A DNA stretch of 63,491 nt, filler included, from an uncultured bacterium (GCA_964609495.1; 28 parts of 28 records of this genome joined end to end with filler, not necessarily neighbours in it); one strand, 5' to 3'. Counted from the first letter of the whole stretch, positions 34,205-44,582 are shown. Translations and numbers: made by a program. The notes: generated by a model from the letters alone, not told the origin.

Positions 34205-35193
34205 TCCTATATGTGATGGAGAAGGAGATCAATTTAAGAAAAGAGGGAGAACGACTTATCGCCTTTAAGAATGGCACTAAATTACGTGATATCCCTATCC
34301 TCAATTTGGAACAGGTAGTTATCATCGGGAATGTTAATTTGACCAGTCCAGTAATTGCTTTGTTGCTAGAGAATAATATTGAAATATGCTATCTTTCTTA
34401 TTATGGTCGCTTTCGAGGAAGGTTGATGCCAGAGTTCTCTAAAAACTCGCTTCTTCGTATCAAGCAGTATAGTGCTTCTCGAGATGATGGTTTTAAGGTT
34501 AAAGTAGCAAGACAATTTATCTATGGCAAACTGGCTAATATGCGCACTATGCTGATGAGATACAATCGGGAGTTGAAGGATAAGAGGTTGACGACTGCTA
34601 TAAATAGAATAAAGGTGATTATAAAGAAGTTAGAGAAAGTGGAAACACTTGATAGTCTGCGAGGATATGAGGGGGGAGGATCAGGCCAATACTTCTCTGT
34701 TCTACCTCTGTTATTTAAGGACGATTGGGGATTTTCCAAGAGGGTCCGCCGTCCTCCTACCGATCCAGTCAATTCCCTCCTCTCGTTAGGCTATACTCTT
34801 CTGATGAATGATATGTCAAGTGCAGTCAATACCGTGGGTTTCGATCCCTATATAGGTTATCTCCATGCCGATAAATATGGAAAACCCTCATTGGTTCTCG
34901 ATTTAATCGAGGAGTTCCGGCCGGTAATCGTCGATTCGATAGTGCTTGAGCTTATCAATCGCCATAGCTTAAAGATGAAGGATTTTGTGAAAAACATGGA
35001 GGCTTATTATCTAACCAATAAGGGGATGAAGATTTTTCTGAGTAAGTATGAGGAGCGTAAGAATACCGAGATAATCCACCCAATATTTGGCTACAAGGCA
35101 ACTTTAAAGAGATGTTTAGAACTTCAGGCGAGGCTTTTTTCAAAATTATTGCTTTCGGATATTGATAATTATATGCCTTTTATGGTAAAATAA
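34201..35193 (+). CDS. cas1: CRISPR integrase Cas1
   Basis: LRGYEG, RRPPTDPVNSLLSLGY, GYLH, SLVLDLIEEFRP. Confidence 0.97.
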   Translation: MILYVMEKEINLRKEGERLIAFKNGTKLRDIPILNLEQVVIIGNVNLTSPVIALLLENNIEICYLSYYGRFRGRLMPEFSKNSLLRIKQYSASRDDGFKVKVARQFIYGKLANMRTMLMRYNRELKDKRLTTAINRIKVIIKKLEKVETLDSLRGYEGGGSGQYFSVLPLLFKDDWGFSKRVRRPPTDPVNSLLSLGYTLLMNDMSSAVNTVGFDPYIGYLHADKYGKPSLVLDLIEEFRPVIVDSIVLELINRHSLKMKDFVKNMEAYYLTNKGMKIFLSKYEERKNTEIIHPIFGYKATLKRCLELQARLFSKLLLSDIDNYMPFMVK

Positions 35194-35208
35194 AGGGGGA
35201 GAGCGAAA

Positions 35209-35484
35209 GTGCTTATTGTGGTAAGTTATGATATCTCGGATGATAAAAGGCGATACCGCGTTTTTAAGAAGCTCAAAGATTATGGGAAATGGATGCAATA
35301 TAGCGTGTTTGAGTGCAACATAAGTCGCGAAGCTAACTTAAGGCTTCAGGATGCTTTGGAGGAGATGATTGATAAGAAAGAGGATAACATTAATTATTAT
35401 TACCTGTGTGAAACATGCCGAGATAAGATTCACAGAATAGGAAGAAAAAAACCTAGGGATGATGGTGATATTCTGATCATCTAA
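35209..35484 (+). CDS. cas2: Cas2
   Basis: VSYDISDDKRR, QYSVFEC. Confidence 0.96.
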   Translation: MLIVVSYDISDDKRRYRVFKKLKDYGKWMQYSVFECNISREANLRLQDALEEMIDKKEDNINYYYLCETCRDKIHRIGRKKPRDDGDILII

Positions 35485-35717
35485 AATGATCCTCCGAGAT
35501 TTTTCCGAGCATCACAGTGATTCTGATTCTCCCCTATGTCTCTCGGAAAACTTAGAGGATATTAGAAAAACCTTTGTAGGAGAAGATTTTATGGCTGAGT
35601 TATTAAGTGAAGTTAAGAAGTTTTTGAAGAGAAAAAGCCGTGAAATGAGTCAAAAAGAGCTGTTGCTCGGAAATGGGTTCGGAAAGTCGCTCCAGCAGAG
35701 GGCAAAAATTGGGGTCT
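35485..35717 (+). promoter_or_regulatory. CRISPR leader
   Basis: Non-coding segment between cas2 and the first repeat. Confidence 0.7.
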
Positions 35718-35901
35718 GTAGAAATAAAGATAATTCCGCTTGAGGAATTGAAACTAATTTCGCGGGGGGGATAACCCAAGGTAGTGAGAAGTAGAAATAA
35801 AGATAATTCCGCTTGAGGAATTGAAACTTTAGCCCTAATTGCCATTTTCTTAATGCTATATCTGGTAGAAATAAAGATAATTCCGCTTGAGGAATTGAAA
35901 C
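35718..35901 (+). CRISPR. CRISPR array start: 3 identical 37-bp repeats and 2 spacers (36 and 37 bp); truncated by the contig end
   Basis: GTAGAAATAAAGATAATTCCGCTTGAGGAATTGAAAC at 35718, 35791 and 35865; internal AATTCC/GGAATT hairpin; ATTGAAAC end. Confidence 0.97.
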
Positions 35902-36003
35902 GGNNNNNNNNNNNNNNNNNNNNNNNNNNNNNNNNNNNNNNNNNNNNTTAATTAATTAANNNNNNNNNNNNNNNNNNNNNNNNNNNNNNNNNNNNNNNNN
36001 NNN

Positions 36004-36129
36004 AGCGAAAACTATGTCATTATCCCGCTCTCTCCCCAATTTTATTTCCTTCTTAGTCAGAGGCAATTCCTTAACAACAGTATCGCCCAACTCAATTATC
36101 AATTTTGCTTTCAAATCACTTGGTTCCAT
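36004..36129 (-). CDS. FHA-domain protein N-terminus (truncated)
   Basis: ...KEIKLGRERDNDIVF (GR...NDI motif). Confidence 0.7.
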
Positions 36130-36186
36130 AAATACGATCTACCTCCAATTGAGTGATCATCATTATGATGATAACTCAAATTACAA

Positions 36187-37134
36187 TTATGATAACAGTG
36201 AGATCAAAATAGCTTTCTGGATATGTAATCTATTCTCCGCCTCATCGAAAACTACCGATTGCGGTCCATCAATAACCTCATCCGTGATCTCCTCTCCTCG
36301 ATGAGCGGGAAGATCGTGCATTATAATAGCATGCTCTTTAGCTAACCTTATCAATTCCTGATTGATCTGGTAGTTTTGGAAGATACCTCTTCTCCTTTCC
36401 CTCTCCCCCTCCTGCCCCATACTTGTCCAAACATCGGTATAGATTAAATCAGCATCTTTAACAGCCCTTCGGGGATCGTTAGTGATCTCGATCGTGCTTC
36501 CCGAACTTTCAACATTCTTTCGGGCGAGGGAACAAATATCCTCCTCGGGTCCGTAACCAGGAGGGGCAGCTATAACAATATCCGTTCCCAGCTTAGTAGC
36601 GAGCAGAAGGAGGGAGTGGCAGATATTAAAACCATCTCCTATGAAAGCCAGCTTCAGTTTAGTCAGATCACCTTTCTTCTCATAAATAGTATAAAAGTCG
36701 GCTAGAGCTTGGCAAGGATGCTCTAAATCGCTTAAAGCGTTTATCACTGGGATAGAGGCATATTCAGCTAGCTTGAGAACAGTGCTATGCTCAAAGGTCC
36801 TTATGACTATTCCATCGACATAGCGAGATAAGACTTTTGCGACATCAACTATCGCCTCCCTCTTCCCCAATCCGATATCATTATTATCTAGGTGAACAGC
36901 GTATCCTCCTAACTCAAACATCCCTATCTCAAAGGATACTCTTGTTCGGAGGGAAGGTTTCTCGAAGATCATCGCGATGCTCTTTCCATCTAGGGGACGG
37001 AAAGGGATCCCCCGCTTTCTTTTTTCCTCGATCGTCCTTGCCAAAGAGAAGAGTTGATATATCTCCTCGGATTTCAGATCCATTATAGAAAGTAAATCTC
37101 TGCCTTTCAGCTTTGAAGCGGAATTATTAGACAA
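36187..37134 (-). CDS. argF: Ornithine carbamoyltransferase
   Basis: FEKPSLRTRVSF, HPCQALAD, DVWTSMG, HDLP. Confidence 0.95.
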   Translation of the reverse strand: MSNNSASKLKGRDLLSIMDLKSEEIYQLFSLARTIEEKRKRGIPFRPLDGKSIAMIFEKPSLRTRVSFEIGMFELGGYAVHLDNNDIGLGKREAIVDVAKVLSRYVDGIVIRTFEHSTVLKLAEYASIPVINALSDLEHPCQALADFYTIYEKKGDLTKLKLAFIGDGFNICHSLLLLATKLGTDIVIAAPPGYGPEEDICSLARKNVESSGSTIEITNDPRRAVKDADLIYTDVWTSMGQEGERERRRGIFQNYQINQELIRLAKEHAIIMHDLPAHRGEEITDEVIDGPQSVVFDEAENRLHIQKAILISLLS

Positions 37135-37383
37135 TTTCCCCTCTCCTTGTCAGGCTTCACTATCCCTCTCCTCGAGGGACAGGGTATAGGGAAACCTTTG
37201 AACCTTGAGTTTTTCTGCCCGCAAAACAAAAGTTTCCTCTTAGAGGTAAATTATTTCGATATCCAATATATTTTGATCATTGGATTCAAAAAATCGACTT
37301 GGAGTGCCCTGACCTGCCCTGAATCCTCCACCTCATCATTTAGGGATTCATAGGGGGAGGGAAATCTTTATCCTCGCTCTCCC

Positions 37384-37962
37384 TTAAGCCCCTTGCAGAC
37401 CTATATCCTTTTCCCCAAAGACCTGAGCGCTGTAGATATATATATCGGCCCCTTCCTTCCAAGCATCTTTAGGTAAGCCAGCCTTTAAGCAACTATTCTC
37501 AAGAAAAGTTTCCCTATCCCAACCATACTCCGTCGCAACCTGGGGAAGAAGAGTGCCTCTGAAATAGCCTTTTATAATGTATATGCCATGCTTTCCAACC
37601 TCTATTTTGCTGACATCTTTTATCTTTCTCAAGGGAGAAAGAACCGATATCTCTATATCTATATCCTTTAATTCACTCTGCATAACTGGAGGGAATCTCG
37701 GGTCTTGAGTAGCGGAGGAGATAGCCATCTGAGGTACCATTTTGTATAGAGGAAGATCAGGGGTGAAATTCCCCAGGCAACCTCGTAATGCACCTTTCTT
37801 GTGAAGAGTTACGAATACCCCTCGCTCCTCATTCAGCGCTGACTCGAATGGTTTAGGCTCAATCCTTGCTCCAGATATATAATAAGTCTCGATAGAGGAA
37901 CGAGCTAGCTTTAATAACTCCCTTTTAGCCTCCTCGCTAAGAGTAAAATCATCGTCCTTCAT
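37384..37962 (-). CDS. amrA: AmmeMemoRadiSam system protein A (AMMECR1 domain)
   Basis: GVFVTL...LRGCLG, DPRF, EISVLSP, LLPQVA, KAGL. Confidence 0.92.
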   Translation of the reverse strand: MKDDDFTLSEEAKRELLKLARSSIETYYISGARIEPKPFESALNEERGVFVTLHKKGALRGCLGNFTPDLPLYKMVPQMAISSATQDPRFPPVMQSELKDIDIEISVLSPLRKIKDVSKIEVGKHGIYIIKGYFRGTLLPQVATEYGWDRETFLENSCLKAGLPKDAWKEGADIYIYSAQVFGEKDIGLQGA

Positions 37963-38013
37963 CTATTTCATCACACCTTTGATTCGGATTAGATATTCAC
38001 TCTATTCACTATT

Positions 38014-38042
38014 ATTATATCCGAACTGAATCTCTTTGTCAA
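38014..38042 (-). promoter_or_regulatory. Consensus sigma70 promoter 18 bp from the repeat end
   Basis: TTGACA-17 bp-TATAAT on the minus strand. Confidence 0.85.
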
Positions 38043-38060
38043 GTAAATCTATCTCATTAG

Positions 38061-38132
38061 TAAGCATGTAAAAAATCGTGCTGGGGAATATGATTCTCCC
38101 CCTCACCCTATCCCTCTCCCACGAGGGGAGAG
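38061..38132. repeat. Repeat-family copy (TAAGCATG terminus)
   Basis: TAAGCATGTAAAAAATCGTGCTGG followed by the core palindrome. Confidence 0.85.
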
Positions 38133-38232
38133 NNNNNNNNNNNNNNNNNNNNNNNNNNNNNNNNNNNNNNNNNNNNTTAATTAATTAANNNNNNNNNNNN
38201 NNNNNNNNNNNNNNNNNNNNNNNNNNNNNNNN

Positions 38233-38640
38233 AGCTGGGCTGTCAATTCCTCCAATTCCTTTCTGTGCTTTTCAAGTTCCTCCTCCGCTCGCTTGCGCTC
38301 AGTGATTTCTCGCCGAAGTTGTTCATTAATTTTCCTTAGCTTATCAATAGTCTGGATTATCCCTTGAGAAAAATCCCTCTCTCGGCGTAATGCCTCCTCA
38401 TGCCTTCGTCTTTCTTCCTCCTCAGCTATCTTCAGCCTTCTATACCACCAGACTATTGTACCTATCATTGCAACTATCACCATAATTAATATGCTCACTC
38501 TGACTAAGTTACTCCACGGTGAAATATTCACTTGAGAGATTATGCGGAGGAAGATCGCTAAATCCATACTTAAGAATCTCCTCTTTTCAACCCTGGATAA
38601 TTATTGCTAAGAGGACACATAATAGATATGTGGAAACGCT
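38233..38640 (-). pseudogene. Degenerate or 5'-damaged histidine kinase, paralog of 55900-57498 lacking PAS domains
   Basis: Shares WWYRRL, ERD.SQGIIQT, EITERKRAEE and ELEELTAQ; the upstream TM-coding part is homologous but has stops and frameshifts. Confidence 0.6.
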
Positions 38641-38733
38641 CTGCCTATATCTTCGCCCTGAAAGTAAAGAGGGTATTATTCTATCTCTAAGGAGGGCACC
38701 TTTGGTGAATTGCTGATTAACACCAGAAGTTAT

Positions 38734-40119
38734 CTAATGGATAACTTCCGATATATCCTGACTACTGTTTGACAGTTCCTCCGTGATATCGACTACTTGG
38801 CTGGAGTAAGAATCGATCTGACTCACTATCTGGTTCAAATTATCTCTGACCTTACTTGCCGCTTCATAAAGAACTAGTATCTCTCTCTGATTCATAGAGG
38901 CTAGAGGGATCTCGACTCTAAAGTCGCCTTCCGAGATATTTTGAGCAACTGTAATTAAACGGGTCAGATTTAAGGATAATATCGAGGCATAGGCATAAGC
39001 TATCGCGGACATCGATCCTACTCCTAAGAGAACCATGAGCAGCGAAGACAGCTTAATGCCCGATGTCTCTGCATTCATCTCTTGAATATCTCCCTCATAA
39101 GCAACTATCCAATCCCAAGAGGGATAATAACGATAGGCGACCAATCGCCATCGGGGAGGGTCCTTATCCCTATCAATATATCTTAACCAACTATTCTTAA
39201 AATCAAGCATCTCCCGAATATGAGGTTTCAACTCGATAATTTCTCCCTCTTTGGTAGGATGAGCAATCAATTTCCTCTGCATATCCAGAATGAAAGGGAA
39301 ACCAGTATCACCAACCCTGTTCTCCAAAGAAACTTCCCTTCCTTCAGCTTTGGAATGGCCAACTAATCTGATCTTGGCTAACTCCTTAGCGGAAGCAAGA
39401 GACATCTCCCCTATCTCCACTCTTCCGTCGAGCTCACTTAATACTTCTCTGGCAATCTCCGCTCTCTCAATAAGTCTATTTCTTAAAAGCCAATAGATAT
39501 AACGATTGGCAGTTATAGCATTTAAGGATAGAGGAACTAATATTGATACTAAGAATAATAATATTAATATAAACTTACTACCGACTATATACCAAGGTAT
39601 CTTTCTTCTCCTAATTAGCCCCATCCCATAACCAGCCAAAGTTTCTGCGATAGGCTGGAGCCTTAAGCTGTAGAATACAAGGTTGAGGAAAGCTATCATA
39701 ATTCCGAATATGAAAAAACCTGCCTCAATAAGAACAATATCCTCTAAGGATATAGCCAAGACCACCTTGAGCAGAAGATAGATTATATTCCCTAGAACCA
39801 CCGTTCTGAGAAAAGCGAATAGAGAAAAAATTAGAGGATAGCTTAAGATAAACCTATGAACTATCGCACCCTCTTCAGGAGTTATATTTTCTCCCCTAGA
39901 TAGAGCCTCTAATATCCTTTGAGGGTGAAAGCTCAAGGTTCTATTAATGAGATAATCGATCGCTATTAAGATAAAACTACCTATTATCGCGGCGATAATG
40001 ACAAAGATCCGCTGAATTGGGCTCAAGGGGAAATTCAGGATATAGAAATAAACTGCCAGGGGAATCGATAACGAGAATACAACAAAATCAGCCCAGAGCA
40101 ACCTTCTAGCGATTCTCAT
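38734..40119 (-). pseudogene. Cache/HAMP methyl-accepting chemotaxis-like receptor truncated at the start of the signalling domain
   Basis: Multi-TM, Cache (GFPFILD...AHPT, WDWIV), HAMP, then EELSNSSQDISEVIH*ITSGVNQQ; the rest is absent. Confidence 0.7.
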
Positions 40120-40244
40120 TTTAGCTTCCTCCCTGATTTACAAAGCCCACCAAGAGTAGCAGGTTTTGAAGGACATCTTTCTTCGTCCCGCTAAATGGTT
40201 CGAACATTTAAACTCCCAATGACCAATTCTGAATTTATATTTTA

Positions 40245-40273
40245 ATTTTACTATATCACTAAGAAAATGTCAA
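40245..40273 (-). promoter_or_regulatory. sigma70 promoter 9 bp from the repeat end
   Basis: TTGACA-17 bp-TAAAAT on the minus strand. Confidence 0.75.
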
Positions 40274-40282
40274 TAGATTCTG

Positions 40283-40336
40283 TAAGCATGTAAAACTTTG
40301 TGCTGGGGAATGTGATTCTCCCCCTCACCCTATCCC
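40283..40336. repeat. Repeat-family terminus
   Basis: TAAGCATGTAAAACTTTGTGCTGG...CCCCTCACCCTATCCC. Confidence 0.85.
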
Positions 40337-40436
40337 NNNNNNNNNNNNNNNNNNNNNNNNNNNNNNNNNNNNNNNNNNNNTTAATTAATTAANNNNNNNN
40401 NNNNNNNNNNNNNNNNNNNNNNNNNNNNNNNNNNNN

Positions 40437-40626
40437 TTTCCAGATCTATTATATCGTTGATGATATATATGCTTCCCGATAACAGGCAGAATAGGAGAAA
40501 AGCCAGGATTGATATAATCCATAGATCGAGGGCTAGAAGATTCTTGGAGAAGATCAAGCCCGCGAAGATGAGTAGATTTTTGATCCACTGCTTGGGACGC
40601 ATAGTCTTGATTATCGCTCTTAGCAA
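40437..40626 (-). CDS. UbiA-family decaprenyl-phosphate phosphoribosyltransferase N-terminus (truncated)
   Basis: RPKQWIKNLLIFA, YIINDIID. Confidence 0.88.
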
Positions 40627-40628
40627 AT

Positions 40629-42344
40629 TTACGCCTCCTCGCGGATTTTAAAGATCATAACTTTCAGGTGGTCATATAGTCTAAATGTCAATTCCGATGA
40701 GCCATCATCTATCTTAAAGCCGAATATAGAGGGGAAGCTCTTGATAGTCTTGATAAGTTCAAAACCGAGCTTTCCAGAAAATAAAGAGCTATAATATTCG
40801 TTGATGAGGGGGAATCTCTTTTCCGCTTGAGAATATTGATTATAGTATCGCTCGGTCATAACTATATAATCAACTTCGCGCAGATTTTCTTCAAAGAAAT
40901 TCTTATCCTCTCCTCCACCGTATCTCTCGTAATAGAAATGGACATCTAAGATCTCGACTTTATAATCGTCCGCTAGAGCTGATCCGAGAGGAGGAGCGCT
41001 TAGATCCCACTCGAGGAGGATGGTAGATCCCTTCTCCACATTTTCTCTTATCCATTCAGCGGCGTTTATACGACTATCTCCTTGACGATAGATGTTGAGA
41101 TAGGCGAAGGAGTAGAGGATAGAGGAAATCAGCACTAGAGCGGTGAACCCTCTGAAAGCCAACGAGGTCGCCTTCCCCGGAAATCTTCTCGGCATTTCAA
41201 CAGCCCAACGTGCTCCCAATAGGGCTAGAAAAGGGACTATAGGAAGTATATATCTTATGAACTTAGCGAACCAACTTCCTGCGAGGAGGAAATAGGGAAC
41301 GACCCAAGCTAGAAGCAGAATATCCTCTCGTTTAAGGCGAATGAAAGCATAGATTACTCCGATCAGAGAGGTTATCTCTAGAAGGGGCCCCATCCCCCAG
41401 AACAGGAGATTTTTGAGATGAAATATGTAGGGTCGAGTCCCTTCATACTGCAAGGTCCAGTGGGGTTTTATAGCTCCAGTCGCTACCCTTCCGTGAAAGA
41501 CGAAGCTTGAACGAGAAGTAGGACTAGTGAAGTTTTTGAAGTCCAAGAGGAAGTAGGGATTTAAAATTAAAAATATCATCGCTATTAAAACGAAGGTAAG
41601 GATCAGTTTCCTATCTATTATCCGCAGAATCTCTCGCCATCTCTTATCCACCTTCCGATTGCTATTTTCCGCTTTCCATCTCATAAGATGGGCTAGGAGG
41701 ATAACGAGCATCACTGGAGCACCACTTAACTTGGTGGACATCATCAGTCCACCGGCTATTCCGGTTTTGAGGTAGCTGTTTAGATCTCCTTTCCGCATAA
41801 TATCCGCGGCGAAGTATATAGTCAACCCAATGAAGAAGATGAACATCACCTCCACCGTGAAGAAGTGAGATGCTTGAAGATGTCCTACGGTAAAGGCGAC
41901 GAAAGCCGCGGCTAATAATCCTACTTTCCTATCATAGAACTTATCTCCTAGTAGATAGAAGAGGAATACCGTTATCGTCCCAAAAGAGGCAGATATGGAG
42001 CGACCAATTATATATATGAGAGGAAGATTGTTAGGGTCTGTGAGGGAAAATCCTCCTAAGAATGAGGATAGAATTGAGATCGCTCCTAAGATGAACATTG
42101 GCAAGGTCCCATAGACGGATATATGGGGGTTGAGAGAATGTCGCAATCTAACGGTGGTGCTTATCAATAACTCCTCATCACTATGAAAGTGAAAGGGCAA
42201 TCCCCAATCTACCCCATAGAAGCGAACAAAAGCGCTGCCCAGGAGAATAACAAGTAGCAATAGAAAGTGGAAGATGGGGGATTCCACCCCTCCATTCTCT
42301 ATTCTCCGTCTTTCACTTTCTATATGCCACTCTCCACTTTTCAT
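40629..42344 (-). CDS. GT-C (ArnT/PMT family 39) glycosyltransferase
   Basis: R.YGVDWGLP..FHSDE, multi-TM, RYILP. Confidence 0.85.
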   Translation of the reverse strand: MKSGEWHIESERRRIENGGVESPIFHFLLLLVILLGSAFVRFYGVDWGLPFHFHSDEELLISTTVRLRHSLNPHISVYGTLPMFILGAISILSSFLGGFSLTDPNNLPLIYIIGRSISASFGTITVFLFYLLGDKFYDRKVGLLAAAFVAFTVGHLQASHFFTVEVMFIFFIGLTIYFAADIMRKGDLNSYLKTGIAGGLMMSTKLSGAPVMLVILLAHLMRWKAENSNRKVDKRWREILRIIDRKLILTFVLIAMIFLILNPYFLLDFKNFTSPTSRSSFVFHGRVATGAIKPHWTLQYEGTRPYIFHLKNLLFWGMGPLLEITSLIGVIYAFIRLKREDILLLAWVVPYFLLAGSWFAKFIRYILPIVPFLALLGARWAVEMPRRFPGKATSLAFRGFTALVLISSILYSFAYLNIYRQGDSRINAAEWIRENVEKGSTILLEWDLSAPPLGSALADDYKVEILDVHFYYERYGGGEDKNFFEENLREVDYIVMTERYYNQYSQAEKRFPLINEYYSSLFSGKLGFELIKTIKSFPSIFGFKIDDGSSELTFRLYDHLKVMIFKIREEA

Positions 42345-42535
42345 TAGAAATATTTCATCAATTCATCTTGATAGATCTCATGGCCTTCATCGTTAGGGTG
42401 ATGTCCTCCACTATCATAATCATTAAGGAGCTCCGATAGAGGAGTCCCAGAATCTATGATACTACGAAAGGCCGCATGGACATCTACTAATCCAACTGAG
42501 ATTCCGTTAGCTAGGGATCTAGCTTCATTATTATA
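42344..42535 (-). CDS. SGNH/GDSL hydrolase C-terminus (5' truncated)
   Basis: YN...R.LA...LVDVHAAF...HHPNDEGH. Confidence 0.7.
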   Translation of the reverse strand, partial: YNNEARSLANGISVGLVDVHAAFRSIIDSGTPLSELLNDYDSGGHHPNDEGHEIYQDELMKYF

Positions 42536-42664
42536 NNNNNNNNNNNNNNNNNNNNNNNNNNNNNNNNNNNNNNNNNNNNTTAATTAATTAANNNNNNNNN
42601 NNNNNNNNNNNNNNNNNNNNNNNNNNNNNNNNNNNGATTCTGCGTGCTTAGCCAAGGTTTCAAA

Positions 42665-42818
42665 TTTAAATCACCCTCCCATCGAGGGAGTGGGAAATAG
42701 AAGGATCAGTTCTATCTGGATGTTCCCTCTCCCCTGGTGGGAGAGGGATAGGGTGGGGGGGAAATTATTTCTTTCGCTCATTAGATTAGTCTAGCGCACC
42801 TTATGCGGATATGAGCGA
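42665..42818. repeat. Repeat-family copy with a third terminus type
   Basis: Both palindromes, then TTAGATTAGTCTAGCGCACCTTATGCGGATATGAGCG, an inverse match to about 48923-48960. Confidence 0.8.
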
Positions 42819-42963
42819 ATATATTTAAGTTCGCTTATAGTGAGATTTTCTCTGAGAGATAAAAGATAACATTTTAAAATGAAAGGGAGAAAAGAGTTTT
42901 GAAGACGAGTCTAACCCTCTTCTCCTTTCACTCACTCTTTTCACCTTTGCGATCTACCGAGTC

Positions 42964-44469
42964 TCAAGCCAATAGATCGTAATCCTCGATCAACTGTATG
43001 GCTTTGTGATAGGTACTCATATATTGATCTTTAATCTTATAGCCTATCTCTATAAATTTGTTATAATCTATCATAAATAGATATTGAATCACATTTGAAG
43101 TTCCTTCAGGAGCATCTCTATTCTTATCTATATACAGATTAATCACATCTATTCTAGGAACGCTCTCATCTGGAATACCCCTTAACTTCGACATCTCGTG
43201 AAGTTGCTTATCTAACTCCTCAGTCTCTATCCAATCTTTAGAGAGAATCAGGGCTACATCTAGGTCATATTCTATGTCTCCGCTACCAGTACAGTTATGC
43301 ATAGTGGGACGCTCGGAAGTATGTCTCTCATCGAGCTTACAACCCTCCTTATCTATGGAGGATACAGTAAATACGGGGCAATTCAACTCTAAGCTCAAAT
43401 CCGCCAATCCCGAAGATAGCTCATCTATCTTGCTGGCAGACTCCGCGATCTGCCTATCCAGAGGGATCTTCTGGAGATAATCTAAGAATATCACTATATC
43501 TTCCTTCTCAAACTCATGCATCGTGTTATAAGCATTTATCTTGATCCTTTCGATCGCATCCTTCTGGCCAGCCTCTATTATATAAAGATAGTTTACATAC
43601 TTTTCCGTGGCACTCCAACCCCTCTGAAGCTTCTTCAGTAGCTCTCTATCACCCTTTACCCGGTGGCTTTGCAATACCGTGGTATTTATCTGGCTCTCCT
43701 TCGCCAGAAGGCGATAGCTCAAGGTCCGAGTGGTTTGCTCCCAAGAGTAGAATAGGACCGGGATCTGATTATTAGAGACGATCCGAGAAGCCAACTCCAG
43801 CGACAAATTCGTCTTTCCCCTTCGAGGAGCCCCGGCTAGTCCATAATAGAAACCTTTCCTTATCCCAGATAGCGCGCTGTTTAGAGCATCTAAAGGAGCG
43901 ATAGAATATCCCAGGATAGTGATCTCTTCGTCCATCTTCTCCCTGGCATCCAACTCTCGATTGAGCTCATACATCTTATATTTCAGAGGCTCTATCTTCT
44001 CCTTTACATGATCTTCCCTCATCTCCTGGAGAATGCGAATCAATCCCCCTGTGAAATCAGAGATCTCCATACTCTTGTTCTGCCCATCTCCCCTCAGATA
44101 CTCAGTTATCGCAGTGTTGATCTGCCCCAATCTAATTCGATGAGCTTGTCGCTTCAACTCATCTACGTAGTCTATCATCTCGGATAATTGAGGTGGTTTC
44201 TGGTCCATCACATTCTCCAGATATTGCTCCATCTCATCTGTAAGCAAATTCCTCCTATCTAACTGCTTTCTTATACTATCTATGTCTATGAGCTTATCTG
44301 AAGAACGACTATCATACATCTGAAACACTATTCGGAACAGGTTTCTAGCATTTCTGGATCTAAACATAAAGGGCTTTAGCCCTTCATCTATAACCTTCCC
44401 GATTAAGAAACGATCATTTATCAGTCCAGACATAAATGTTTGTTCTCTAATGGTTCTTGTATCCGCCAT
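42964..44469 (-). CDS. Divergent DnaB-like helicase
   Basis: DnaB-like N-domain, GAPRRGKT, SWEQ, DYLQ, SGDIEYD, KNR; ATG 44469 with an AAGGGGG RBS. Confidence 0.8.
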   Translation of the reverse strand: MADTRTIREQTFMSGLINDRFLIGKVIDEGLKPFMFRSRNARNLFRIVFQMYDSRSSDKLIDIDSIRKQLDRRNLLTDEMEQYLENVMDQKPPQLSEMIDYVDELKRQAHRIRLGQINTAITEYLRGDGQNKSMEISDFTGGLIRILQEMREDHVKEKIEPLKYKMYELNRELDAREKMDEEITILGYSIAPLDALNSALSGIRKGFYYGLAGAPRRGKTNLSLELASRIVSNNQIPVLFYSWEQTTRTLSYRLLAKESQINTTVLQSHRVKGDRELLKKLQRGWSATEKYVNYLYIIEAGQKDAIERIKINAYNTMHEFEKEDIVIFLDYLQKIPLDRQIAESASKIDELSSGLADLSLELNCPVFTVSSIDKEGCKLDERHTSERPTMHNCTGSGDIEYDLDVALILSKDWIETEELDKQLHEMSKLRGIPDESVPRIDVINLYIDKNRDAPEGTSNVIQYLFMIDYNKFIEIGYKIKDQYMSTYHKAIQLIEDYDLLA

Positions 44470-44582
44470 ATTATAGCCCCCCTTAAAAGCAGGGATAGTT
44501 TGGTAATTATCAAGCTCATTTCCGATAAGATGAATGCTGAGGATCTTCAAGCCATATTCCCATAACGATGATACTATATAAT

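Noticed and set aside
35486-35845. ORFs 35486-35743 and 35603-35845
   Set aside because: They overlap the CRISPR leader and array.
38734-38736. In-frame TAG in the MCP-like gene as possible recoding
   Set aside because: Homology lasts only a few codons past it and TAG is a normal stop elsewhere in the window; simple pseudogenisation is more likely.
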